In this document: in pieces, positions 30,875 through 40,849 of the stretch
Layout: each line of letters opens with the position of its first letter
How positions within the stretch are numbered: the stretch's first letter is position 1
DNA from: an uncultured Acidimicrobiales bacterium
GTDB lineage: Bacteria; Actinomycetota; Acidimicrobiia; Acidimicrobiales; UBA10347
Direction of reading: 5' to 3'
Assembly: GCA_943788915.1 (NCBI GenBank)
Contig: CALSSD010000001.1
Span: forward strand, 1 to 64,000
Length of the DNA stretch: 64,000 nucleotides
Notes under the pieces: generated by a model
Databases searched by the model: none
Told to the model about the DNA's origin: nothing
The model's input: only the letters and a program-made list of their open reading frames with translations
Program-made: the position numbers and the translations under genes

Positions 30875-31919
30875 AGGCCGGCAACATCGACCAGCGGTCG
30901 ACCCGCTACGACATCGCCGAGATACACGCCGGTGTTGGTGACCTTGCCGAGTGGATCGGGCAGCGTTACGGCGTGCTTGTTGGCTCTCGTCGAGGCAAGA
31001 TCACGCCGACCGAATGCCCTCAACACCGGCCAGGACACACGACCTCGGCTTACGTGACTCACTGGCCCGACGGCGGCATGACATTTCGGTGTGAAAGATG
31101 CGATATCGGGCCCGTCGATGTCATTGATCTACTCGTCGGCTCGGCGACGCCGCAGACCGAGGCCAAGCAATACGGATGCTCGGCGAAACCTCAGGTGCAC
31201 GCACCGACCACCGGCCGCCGTTGATGGCGAAGAAACGGCCAGAGCGGAAACCGGACCCAATCACACCGGCCTTGGACAGCGACCAGCGGCCCGACCCCGC
31301 CACCGCAGAGGCCGCCAAAAGCGGCTACCTGAAGCGCCGTCGATGGTCCCATGACGTTTGGGACCATCACCGACTTGAGGCCGTCTACAGGCACGGCCAC
31401 ATCGCCATACGGCACCCGTTCAGGGTCGACGGCGACGTGTGCGGCTGGCAAGACCGGATGCCAAAAGCGTTCAACGGCCCGAAGTGGCTTAGCGCTAAAG
31501 GCCGCAAAGTCATCCCGTTCAACCTCGACGCTTTAAAGGACCCCGAACGTGGATACCTGCACATAGTCGAAGGTCCCGCCGACGCCATCACCCTCACCGA
31601 AGCATTGTTTACCGGGTATCCGGTGATCGCAGCGCCCGGCGCCGGGACATGGCGACCCGAGTGGGGACGGTTCGCAAAAGGCCGCACCGTCATCGTCACC
31701 GGTGACAACGACGAAGCCGGCGCCAAGTTCATTGGCAAGGTAATCGAATCAGTGACCGGTCACGCCAACTGGATTGGTTCGGTGCAACCACCCGACGAGC
31801 ACAAGGACCTTTCGGACTGGTGGGTAGCCGACGGCCAGAGCGCTGGCGACGAGATAACCCGCCAACTCGAATGGGTTGAACTATCGAGGCGGGCCGCACC
31901 GGACGGGGTCGACCGATGA
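30871..31919 (+). CDS. DnaG-like primase (Zn finger + TOPRIM), frameshift near 31150
   Basis: CPQH...FRCERC...DVIDL zinc finger; IVEGPADAIT, GDNDEAG and KDLSDW TOPRIM motifs. Confidence 0.8.
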
Positions 31920-33069
31920 CCACCACCAACACCGGATGGACCTCCAACTCAATCCTTGAAACGTTAAACAATCCGGCCGCCGCCGACGACATCGTCGAAC
32001 GCTCGACCTGGGCGCCCGTCGACATGACAACAGCGCTCACTCTCGAACCAGTCGAACCCAAATATTTGCGGTATGGGCAAAACCTGTCGGTGTTCTATCC
32101 CGGCAAAACCCACACGCTCTACGCCGCATCCGAATCCGGCAAATCGTGGGTGGCGCTCTACGCCGCCGCACAAATACTTCTCGGCCCCGACGACGGCACC
32201 GAACGCGTGTTGTACATCGACCATGAAGACGACGCCCGTCAATCGCCGAGCGACTCGCCGCCCTCGACATACCCGCCGAAACCATCACTAACGAAGACCG
32301 GTTCCGATACCTGAACCCGGCCGAACCACTCACCAACCAACACAACGAGCTCTACGGGCCCGCAGGCGACGACCTGCACCTAGCGCTCGAATGGGCACCC
32401 ACGTTCGTTGTCATCGACGGTGTGTCCGAAGCTATGACCGAGGAAAACCTCGATCCGATAAGCAACTCCCACGTTGCCGAATGGTTCCGCATCGTCGCCA
32501 GACCCTTCGAGAAGATCGGCGCCGCCGTGGTCATGATCGACCACACCGCCAAAAGCCACGGTGACGGCCCACCGACTGAGCTAGGTGCCCAGCACAAACG
32601 GTCCGGCATATCCGGCGCCTCATTCCTTATCGACGCTGTCAAACGGCCAGGTAGGGCCGTGCTCGGCGCACCCGTCGAAGGGCTACTACGCCTACGACTA
32701 GCGAAGGATCGGGGCGGCTACCACCGGGGTCGATACCGGGGCGATTACCCGGTCGTCGTCGAACTCACCATCACGTCATATCCCGACGGCGGTGTCACCG
32801 TTCACGCCGATGAACTCAACGAGACCGAAGGCACTTCACCGCTAGCCATCGACATCGCCGTATGGCTTCACATGTACGACGAAGGTTCAGGCTCGGCAAT
32901 CCTCCAAGGGTTAGGAAAAGACCGCAACGACCGCACGACCAGAAGTGAACTCACCAACATGGTGAAACGCAAAGAACTATCTGTCGAAGACGGTCCACGG
33001 AACTCAAAAATTCATCGACTCACCGACCTCGGTCGTGATGTCTACGGGCCGCACTTCGACCATGAGTGA
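31916..33069 (+). CDS. RecA-like AAA_25/SF4-type replicative helicase with C-terminal wHTH, frameshift near 32238
   Basis: Walker A AASESGKS, LYIDHED, Walker B FVVIDG (recovered in the shifted frame), DHTAK, GAQHK, AKDR; ATGA overlap with the primase. Confidence 0.8.
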
Positions 33070-33270
33070 TACGAGTGACGCACCAGTGACGCACACCATC
33101 TACGTCACTCACAGAGTTGCAGTGACGTCGTGTGACGAAAGCGCAGCGAGTGACGTAGGAGTGAGTGCCTTTAGGCACTCCTACGTCACTACGTCACTCG
33201 ACTTCACTCGGCCCGAAAAACTAAAGAAATGAGAGCACCGAAACAACCGAGTGACGTAGCCAGTGACGTA
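33065..33270. repeat. Iteron-like AGTGACG array with 15-bp-arm hairpin; putative replication origin
   Basis: Nine perfect AGTGACG/CGTCACT copies plus variants in about 200 bp; AGTGACGTAGGAGTG...CACTCCTACGTCACT inverted repeat; A-rich tract at about 33216-33230. Confidence 0.75.
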
Positions 33271-33342
33271 ACCGGCGACACCACACCAACACCGAAAGGC
33301 AAAACAGACCACCGGACCGAGCAAGCCCGCAAGCAACCTGAT

Positions 33343-34887
33343 TTAGTTGCGGCGTCGGCTAACCGGTACGAGTAGGGCGCCAAACCCAATCAGGCCTACA
33401 GCAAGATACGCCAGGGTCGTTGTGGTTGTGCCGGTGTAAGCAAGACCAGCAACCCCGTCGCCGGCAGCGGCCGCTGCAGTCGGGGTTTCAGGGCTGGCAG
33501 CAGGAACTGGTGAAGTGCCCCAGCCATACGGTGCGCCAGCAGGCTCAGGCATCTGGGTGAAAGGCCCCGGATACGGCACCGCCGCAGCAAACCCAGCCTC
33601 TGAAGTCGGTGTGGGTTCAGGCGCTGACCTAAACACCCGGGCATGACCCGAACAATTGCCGTTGCCCGTTGGTGCGCCGATGATCACGGCGTAACCAGAT
33701 GAATTCATCGCCACCGACCAGCCGGACTGATCGTCTGCGTTTTCGCCGTCGATATCGGCACCGACCTGCACCCACACTCCGTCAGTCAACGTGAACACCC
33801 GAGCCTGACCCGCATATCGCCGTTGCCGCGTTGTAGGGGGCGCCGATGATGACCGTGTCACCAACAGCATTCATCGCCACCGACCAGCCGGACTAATCGT
33901 CTGCGGTTTCGCCGTCGATATCGGCACCGACCTGCACCCACCCACCGTCAGTCAACGTGAACACCCGAGCCTGACCCGAATTATCTGCCGTTGTCCGTCG
34001 TTGAGGGGGCGCCGATGATGACCGTGTCACCAGCAGCATTCATCGCCACCGACCAGCCGGACTCATCGTTCTGCGGTTTCGCCGTCGATATCGGCACCGA
34101 CCTGCACCCACCCACCGTCAGTCAACGTGAACACCCGAGCCTGACCCGAATTATCGCCGTTGCCGTCGTTGTAGGGGGCGCCGATGATGACCGTGTCACC
34201 AGCAGCATTCATCGCCACCGAATAGCCGGACTCATCGTCTGCGTTTTCGCCGTCGATATCGGCACCGACCTGCACCCACGCACCGTCAGTCAACGTGAAC
34301 ACCCGAGCCTGACCCGCATTATTGCCGTTGCCGTCGTTGTAGGGGGCGCCGATGATGACCGTGTCACCACCAGCATTCATCGCCACCGAATAGCCGGAAT
34401 GATCGTCTGCGGTTTCGCCGTCGATATCGGCACCGACCTGCACCCACGCACCGTCAGTCAACGTGAACACCCGAGCCTGACCCGCATAATCGCCGTTGCC
34501 AGCGTTGTGGGGGCGCCGATGATGACCGTGTCACCAGCAGCATTCATCGCCACCGACCTAGCCGGACATATCGTTTGCGGTTTCGCCGTCGATATCGGCA
34601 CCGACCTGCACCCACCTCCGTCAGTCAACGTGAACACCCGAGCCTGACCCGCATTATCGCCGTTGCCGTCGTTGCGGTGTGCGCCGATGATGACCGTGTC
34701 ACCAGCAGCATTCATCGCCACCGACCAGCCGGACATAATCGCCTGCGGTTTCGCCGTCGATATCGACACCGAGCTGGCTCCAGTCAGCCTGAGCATCAGC
34801 TGATGGCCCAGCCACCACCAACACCGCCGACAACAACACCAACAAAGCCGCCAAACGACCCCACACACCCACAAAACCGAGACACAA
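33343..34887 (-). CDS. Secreted FG-GAP-like 7-repeat beta-propeller protein with C-terminal LAYTG sorting signal (multiple indels and one TAG in the consensus)
   Basis: Signal peptide (RLAALLVLLSAVLVVAGPSADA), seven 56-aa repeats W.QVGADIDGE.ADD.SG.SVAMN..GDTVIIGAP.NDGNG..AGQARVF, then LAYTG + TM + RRRN. Confidence 0.8.
33630..34790. repeat. Tandem repeat, about 168-bp unit x7
   Basis: GTGAACACCCGAGCCTGACCCG recurs at 33791, 33957, 34127, 34295, 34463 and 34630, plus a divergent terminal unit. Confidence 0.9.
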
Positions 34888-35121
34888 ACACCCTCAGACG
34901 CAATCAAAGCAACGGGGCACCATGCGCCGAGCGACCAACACTAGTTGACACCAGCACCACTAGCAACACCAGCAAAAATACTGAACCACCGACACCACCC
35001 CGAACACAACGACCACCAACACGCTGAAACCCAGGGGGCCATGTCGAAACTATTCGGGGCCCCTATTTACTGGACCCCGAACCACCGTCCATGCGCTCGT
35101 TCTAGGTGCCGGGGTTAGCAG

Positions 35122-35145
35122 CATGTCCGGGGGCCCCGGGACATG
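35122..35145. terminator. GC-rich hairpin immediately after the stop of the second cargo gene
   Basis: CATGTCCGGGG-G-CCCCGGGACATG; no clear U-tract. Confidence 0.4.
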
Positions 35146-35147
35146 AT

Positions 35148-36181
35148 TTAGTTGCGGCGTCGGCCAGCCGGTACGAGTAGGGCGCCGAAACCCAATCAGG
35201 CCTACAGCAAGATATGCCAGGGTCGTGGTGGTTGTCCCGGTGTAAGCAAGACCAGCAACCCCATCGCCAGCAGCCGACGCTGCAGTCGGGGTTTCAGGGC
35301 TGGCAGCATCGCCAGCAGGCTCAGGCATCTGGGTGAACGGCCCCGGATACGGCACCGCCGCAGCAGACCCTGTTGGTTCGTCTGCTTGACAAGTCTCTGG
35401 CGTCTCATCATCTATCACGGTGACACCATCACCGAGCTCAAAATCATTGTCAGAGTTAAAGACATTGTTCGCCAGATACAGATCAACAAGTCCTTCGCCC
35501 CCGTCACCCGTCGGCGGTTGAAACGTAAATTGATGGATCACCGCCAGCGTCAAACGAGGAGTTGCAGATAATCACAGTCAGCGTTTGAAGCGGTTCACGC
35601 CAAAAAATGCTGACTGGCCTGTCGGAACCCTGGGTGTCGTCGCCTATCGAGAACACGACGTTCACGAGTGTTAGATCACCATTTCCCGAGTCTGGGCCGC
35701 CATAGATGTCGTAATCGTTGTCTATGAAAAAGGAATCTCGAACATCAAGATTTCCGCCGTCCCATTCGATCGCGTCGTCGTCGGCGCCGGTGAAGGTGAT
35801 GTTCTTAATGTAGACAGTCCCCGTACCCTCGTTCTCCATATCGAGGAGGTACTCATCATAGCCATCACCGAAGATCCTGTAGCCAGCGCCATCAATAGTT
35901 AGATCGCCCGAGTCAGTACCCGAGTCGATTTCGATGTCGAGGTACTCATCATCGATTTCGATGTCGGTTGTGAGAGTGATTGTGTAATCACCTTCAGGTG
36001 ACTGTCCGTTGTAGCAACTAATGGCGTCGTACAGCTCGTCGATGTCGGCTACCTCAAAAGTGAACCCGCCACAGCCATTAGCTGAGGCAGACGGTGCCAT
36101 CACACCCGGCACGACCACAGCAGTGACCAAAGTCAACACAACCAAAACAACAAGACGACGAAAAAGCCCTCGACCCAACAT
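35148..36181 (-). CDS. Secreted acidic surface protein (possible parallel beta-helix) with LAYTG sorting signal, frameshifts near 35560 and 35187
   Basis: Signal peptide MLGRGLFRRLVVLVVLTLVTAVVVPGVMAPSASA; YTITLTTDI...LTIDGAGY...IKNITFTG pattern; C-terminal about 220 bp nearly identical to that of the propeller gene. Confidence 0.7.
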
Positions 36182-36372
36182 AAACAAACCCTCACATCCA
36201 ACGAACGACAGAAGATAGCAGACGCTGAACCTCAAACCGTAACCAACACCCACAAGCCAAGAGCACACCAACCCGCCCGGCGTCACCTGGTCGGATACGA
36301 CGTGCCCGGACGACAAACTCAGACGATAACGGCGGCTCCTGCCGCCCCTGAGTTCGCCGACCCCACGAACTA

Positions 36373-36415
36373 CATACGGGGTTTAACGACGGAAATGTTT
36401 CACCAGCGACCGTCG
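36373..36415 (+). other. Putative attR site
   Basis: CATACGGGGTTTAACGACGG-AAA-TG-N12-CCGTCG; inner arm is the inverted copy of the left-end arm. Confidence 0.6.
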
Positions 36416-36425
36416 AACATTGGAG

Positions 36426-37472
36426 ATGGCTCGCATCACGCTCGATCAGGTGAGTCGCACCGTAGATGGGAACCACATTCTCGATGGCGTGTCGTTCGAT
36501 GCGGCCGAAGGCGAGTTCGTCGGGCTGATCGGTGGGTCGGGCGCTGGTAAGACGCCGATCATTCGTGCCATTGCAGGATTTGATCCCATCACCGCAGGAT
36601 CAATCTTGTTCGACGGCGACGACATGACCGAGACACCAACTCGCGACCGCGATATCGGCATCGTGACCCAGGGGAACACGCTTTTCCCGACCAAACGAGT
36701 ACGAGGAAATCTACTGTTCCCGTTGTGGGCTCGGGGCGTCAGTCGTGAAGAGGCCCAAGCCCGGGTCGATGCCGAGAGCCGAGCGAATGCGCTCACGCAC
36801 ATTCTCGATCGGTGGCCAGCCACGTTGTCTGGCGGCGAGCAGCAGCTGACACAGATCGCCCGAGCACTCATCCGTCGACCTCGGGTCTTTCTCATGGATG
36901 AACCGCTGGCCAATCTTGACCCGCCGACCAGGCGCCGGCTGCGTGAGGAACTGGTCGGGTTGCAGCATGGGTATGGCGTGACCGCCATCTATGTCGCCAA
37001 CCGTGCCGATGAGATCATGAACATGCCGGATCGGCTCGTCGCCATCGAACACGGACGCGTCATCCAGACCGCAACCCCGTCCGAGGTGCACCGGGATCCA
37101 GCATCGCTCACCATCGCACGTTTGACCGGCGAGGTCGGCACGTTGCGTGGAACCCTGATCAACGACGACAACGGGCTGGTCCTGAGCGGGCCCGACCTGT
37201 CACTGCGACTGCTGCCATCGGTTCACCCGCGCCATATCGGACACCAGGTCACACTGGTTGCTCGTAGCAAAGACGTGCGGGTGACGGCTTCTGGTGCGCT
37301 CACCATGACAGCGGGCGCGCTGACCTACGGCGGATCGGGCTCGATGCGAGAACTACTTTCACCGGCTGGTGTGATGTACACGACCGATCGCGATCTCACC
37401 GAGGGATGCTCGGTGTCGGTGTGGCTCGACCGATGGCATCTGTACGACGCCGACGGCCATCTGATTAGCTGA
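36426..37472 (+). CDS. ABC transporter ATP-binding protein (MalK/UgpC-like, TOBE-like C-terminus)
   Basis: GGSGAGKT, LSGGEQQ, FLMDEPLANLD. Confidence 0.85.
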   Translation: MARITLDQVSRTVDGNHILDGVSFDAAEGEFVGLIGGSGAGKTPIIRAIAGFDPITAGSILFDGDDMTETPTRDRDIGIVTQGNTLFPTKRVRGNLLFPLWARGVSREEAQARVDAESRANALTHILDRWPATLSGGEQQLTQIARALIRRPRVFLMDEPLANLDPPTRRRLREELVGLQHGYGVTAIYVANRADEIMNMPDRLVAIEHGRVIQTATPSEVHRDPASLTIARLTGEVGTLRGTLINDDNGLVLSGPDLSLRLLPSVHPRHIGHQVTLVARSKDVRVTASGALTMTAGALTYGGSGSMRELLSPAGVMYTTDRDLTEGCSVSVWLDRWHLYDADGHLIS

Positions 37473-37499
37473 TCAGCTGATCAGCTGAACCACGTTGCG

Positions 37500-39608
37500 T
37501 CAGCTGGCTGGGCTAACCAAACCTTGGTCGGCAAGCAGCGCATCGGGGGTTGCGTCGCGACCGCGGAACAGCCGGTAGACCTCGGCTGCTGGGCGGCTGC
37601 CACCGAGGCCGAGCACTGTTTCACGGAAGCGGCTGGCGACCTCGGCCAACTCGGCCTCGTTGTCCAGGCCAGCTTCGCGGAACGCAGCAAACGCGTCAGC
37701 AGCGAGCACCTCGGCCCACTTGTAGGAGTAGTAGCCGGCTGCATAACCACCAGCGAAGATGTGACCAAACGCGGGCAACATGCTCTCGCCTTCGAGCCGT
37801 GGCGTAACCAGGATCTGGTTGCCGAGCTCGATGTCGAGGGCTTGCGGGTCCACGATCGACTCGTCGATGCCGAATCGTTCGTGCAACGTCAGGTCGGACT
37901 TGGCGAAGTGCAGTTGACGCAGCGTTGCATTCGCGACCATGAAGTTACGGCTGTCGATGATGCGATCGAGTGTCTCATCGTCGAGTGGTTCACCCGTGTC
38001 GACATGAGCAGTGAGGGCACGCAGGAATGGTTTGTGTTCCATCCAGTATTCGTTGAACTGGCTGGCGAGCTCGACGGAGTCCCATTCGACCAGGTTCATG
38101 CCCGAGGCGCCACCTTCGTCGATCTCGGTGAACATGTGTTGGGTGGCGTGGCCGAACTCGTGGAAGAGCGTGCGCACTTCGTCAAGTGACATCAGCCCGG
38201 GGCGGCCGTCGGCAGGTGGGCGGGCGTTCATAACGAACAGGGCTACGGGCAGGGAGCTGTCGGCATCACCGGTGGCGAGCAGACGGTCGCGGCCGACCAC
38301 GGTGTTCATCCATGCTCCGCCCCGTTTCTCGCCTGGGCGGCTGTAGGGGTCGACGTAGAACGCTGCGATCACCTTGCCATCGCGGCGGACTTCGAAGAAC
38401 TGCACTGACTCGTCCCACACCGGTACCGATGCGTCGGTCGATTCGGCGATCTCGACGCCATACAGTTTGGTGACCAGATCGAAGAGGCCACCGAGCACCT
38501 TGGGCAGCTGGAAGTAGTCGCGGAGCGCCTCGGCGTCGTAGCTGTACAGCGCCTCTTGTTGGCGTTCGGCCCAGTAGGCGGTGTCCCATGGCTTGGGGTC
38601 ATCGGCACCTTCGGCGCCTTGTTCGACCATAAACGCGGTGAGTGATTCGAGTTCGATCTCGGCGAAGGGACGAGCTGCATGCTCGAGTTGATCGAGCAAC
38701 TCCCACACGGCTTCGACCGACGGCGCCATCTTGGCGTCCAAGCTCAGCTCGGCATAGTTGGCGAAACCGACCAGTTGGGCCTGTTCTTGGCGCAGTTCCA
38801 GGATCTCTTTGAGAATCGGGCGGTTGTCTAGGTCTGGTTGCACACCTCGGGTGCGGAACGCACGCAGCATGTCTTCGCGCAGCGACCGGTTGGTGCCGTT
38901 CTGACAGATACCCAGGTAACTCACGCCGTTGACTTGAAAGTGCCAGGCATCTTCGGCGCCGTCTTCGATGGCCTGGTTCTTGGCGATCTCGATCACGGCG
39001 TCGGGCACACCGTCGAGCCGGGCCAGGTCGGTGACCTTGACACGCGACTCCCGCTCTTCCTTGATCAGGTTGGTGCTGAAGGTGTTGCTGATCTCGGCCA
39101 ACCGGTTCTTGATTTCCTTGTAACGATCCTGCTGAGCGCCGGTCAGCGCCACACCGGAACGTTCCATGCCCCGGATCGACTCATCGAGAATGCGGGCTCG
39201 GGCGACCGACAGGTTCTGGCCTTCGTCGCTATCTCGCAGCGCGACCATGGCGTCGTAGACCGCTGGGCTCTGGCTCATCGTGTTCGACATGGCCACGATC
39301 GCGGGGCGCACGGCGTCGTAGGCCTCTTGCATCTCGTCGCTGTACTTGACGCTGGTCAGATGGGTGATGGCACCGATGACTGCTTCGAGACGGTGCTCGA
39401 TCCGCTCCAAGGGTTCCATCAGACCGACCCAGGTTGGCTCGAGCGATTCTTCAAGCGCTGCAAACTCGGTGGTTGCGGTGTCGACCAACTCGGTCACGCC
39501 AGGTTCGACGTCGGAAGAGGCGATCCCCGCCCACACCGGCAGATGAGCGATGGTTCCGCTCGTGGCTGTCTGTTCGAGACGGGCAAGCGGCGTAGCTGTA
39601 TCACTCAT
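37500..39608 (-). CDS. prlC: M3-family metallopeptidase, oligopeptidase A
   Basis: HEFGH, KRGGAWM, VELASQFNE, GGYAAGYYSYKWAEV. Confidence 0.88.
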   Translation of the reverse strand: MSDTATPLARLEQTATSGTIAHLPVWAGIASSDVEPGVTELVDTATTEFAALEESLEPTWVGLMEPLERIEHRLEAVIGAITHLTSVKYSDEMQEAYDAVRPAIVAMSNTMSQSPAVYDAMVALRDSDEGQNLSVARARILDESIRGMERSGVALTGAQQDRYKEIKNRLAEISNTFSTNLIKEERESRVKVTDLARLDGVPDAVIEIAKNQAIEDGAEDAWHFQVNGVSYLGICQNGTNRSLREDMLRAFRTRGVQPDLDNRPILKEILELRQEQAQLVGFANYAELSLDAKMAPSVEAVWELLDQLEHAARPFAEIELESLTAFMVEQGAEGADDPKPWDTAYWAERQQEALYSYDAEALRDYFQLPKVLGGLFDLVTKLYGVEIAESTDASVPVWDESVQFFEVRRDGKVIAAFYVDPYSRPGEKRGGAWMNTVVGRDRLLATGDADSSLPVALFVMNARPPADGRPGLMSLDEVRTLFHEFGHATQHMFTEIDEGGASGMNLVEWDSVELASQFNEYWMEHKPFLRALTAHVDTGEPLDDETLDRIIDSRNFMVANATLRQLHFAKSDLTLHERFGIDESIVDPQALDIELGNQILVTPRLEGESMLPAFGHIFAGGYAAGYYSYKWAEVLAADAFAAFREAGLDNEAELAEVASRFRETVLGLGGSRPAAEVYRLFRGRDATPDALLADQGLVSPAS

Positions 39609-39826
39609 CCGCTCAGGCTACCGGCGAACCCACGCCGCCTTCCGTCAACGAGCTCACACAACCACTGCACTCGGGACCGCCGGGCCGAACACACTCGATA
39701 ATCACCGATCCAAAAGCTTCGACCGGTCGCACACTGCCGGCGAATTGACGAGCGAGCTGTTCGCCCAATACCGCTCGCCGATGAAGACGGGTAGTACCTG
39801 CAATGCTACTTTGGTAGTCTTGCGGT

Positions 39827-40039
39827 ATGAAAGTCAGCGTGAGTATTCCGGATGAAGACATCGAGTATCTCGACAACTACGTGAAGGCCCACCGGTTCGC
39901 ATCCCGCTCGGCAGCCCTCCGGCGCGCGATCCGTCTCCTCCGGGCATCGGAACTAACCGAGTCCTACGCTGCAGCGTTCGCGGAATGGTCAGATGACCCG
40001 GACAGCGACGCCTGGGACACCGCAACCTTGAACGCCTGA
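39827..40039 (+). CDS. mazE: Ribbon-helix-helix antitoxin (MazE-like)
   Basis: MKVSVSIPDEDI..LD...SRSAALRRAI...Y..AF.EW; TGATG overlap with the toxin. Confidence 0.8.
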   Translation: MKVSVSIPDEDIEYLDNYVKAHRFASRSAALRRAIRLLRASELTESYAAAFAEWSDDPDSDAWDTATLNA

Positions 40040-40386
40040 TGCGCCGCAGCGAGATCCGACTCGTCAACCTCGACCCTGTTGTGGGGAGCGAAGCTGCCCT
40101 CACGCGCCCAGGCGTCATCGTCAGCAACGACGGAGCCAACACCACAGCGCAACGACTCGGGCAGGGCGTGGTGACGATCGTCCCCGTCACGTCCAACATC
40201 AACCACGTCTACCCGTTCCAAACCCTGCTTCCCGCTGACGAGAGCGGCCTCAACGTCGATTCCAAGGCACAAGCCGAACAGGTGCGCTCCGTCGCAGTCG
40301 AACGTGTCGGGGCCTTGATCGGCAACGTTACATTCCACACCATGGACCGACTCGACGACGCGCTCCGCCTTCACCTCGACCTCTAA
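40039..40386 (+). CDS. mazF: PemK/MazF-family endoribonuclease toxin
   Basis: LVNLDPVVGSEA...RPGVIVSND...VPVTSN...DSKAQAEQVRSV. Confidence 0.9.
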   Translation: MRRSEIRLVNLDPVVGSEAALTRPGVIVSNDGANTTAQRLGQGVVTIVPVTSNINHVYPFQTLLPADESGLNVDSKAQAEQVRSVAVERVGALIGNVTFHTMDRLDDALRLHLDL

Positions 40387-40849
40387 CAACCACTCATAAT
40401 CCCGACCAAGCACGCTTCTACAAACGTGGCATAACCCGCGATTTGTGCGACCTGATCCCCCGGTATCAGTTGCTCTGAAGCTGCGGGCGTCGTCAGTCGA
40501 TTGTTGCTGGCGCAACAGCAAAGCCGACAGCCAGAACTGCGGCGTGGAGTCGGGCCAACATGGTGGCGCCGGGGGCCGCACGACACACCGATGTGGGAGG
40601 CCCTCGACGTAAACGGCGGCCAATGGATGGGCTAGGCACCCCAGGTCTCAGCCGGGCATCGAGAACTCGTCCCCTTACTGAACCAGAACACCAGCATTCC
40701 CGATCAACCGACTTTCGACATAACTGCAGCGTCTTACCTGCCTTCAGCCCCGAACGGCGGTCATCGATCGATCTAAATGTGACAGTGGATGTCACGCCCA
40801 GAAATCGAAGGCGAGGCATCAATAATAGGACGAACCAAACGTGTAGGCA

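Larger units (their letters stand above)
28240..36397. mobile_element. Integrative element (serine integrase, primase, helicase, origin, surface-protein cargo), about 8.2 kb
   Basis: Integrase at the left end, replication module, inverted end sequences CCGTCGTTAACCCCTATG (28244-28261) and CATACGGGGTTTAACGACGG (36373-36392). Confidence 0.8.

Noticed and set aside
33630..34790. CRISPR array or diversity-generating retroelement
   Set aside because: Units are 168-bp coding repeats without unique spacers; no cas genes, reverse transcriptase or separate template repeat are in the window
34800..35030. CA-rich low-complexity repeat element
   Set aside because: It is the reverse complement of a GT-rich signal-peptide and leader region; no defined repeat unit
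28240..36397. Complete prophage or conjugative AICE
   Set aside because: No structural, terminase, lysis, relaxase or FtsK/TraB genes are recognisable
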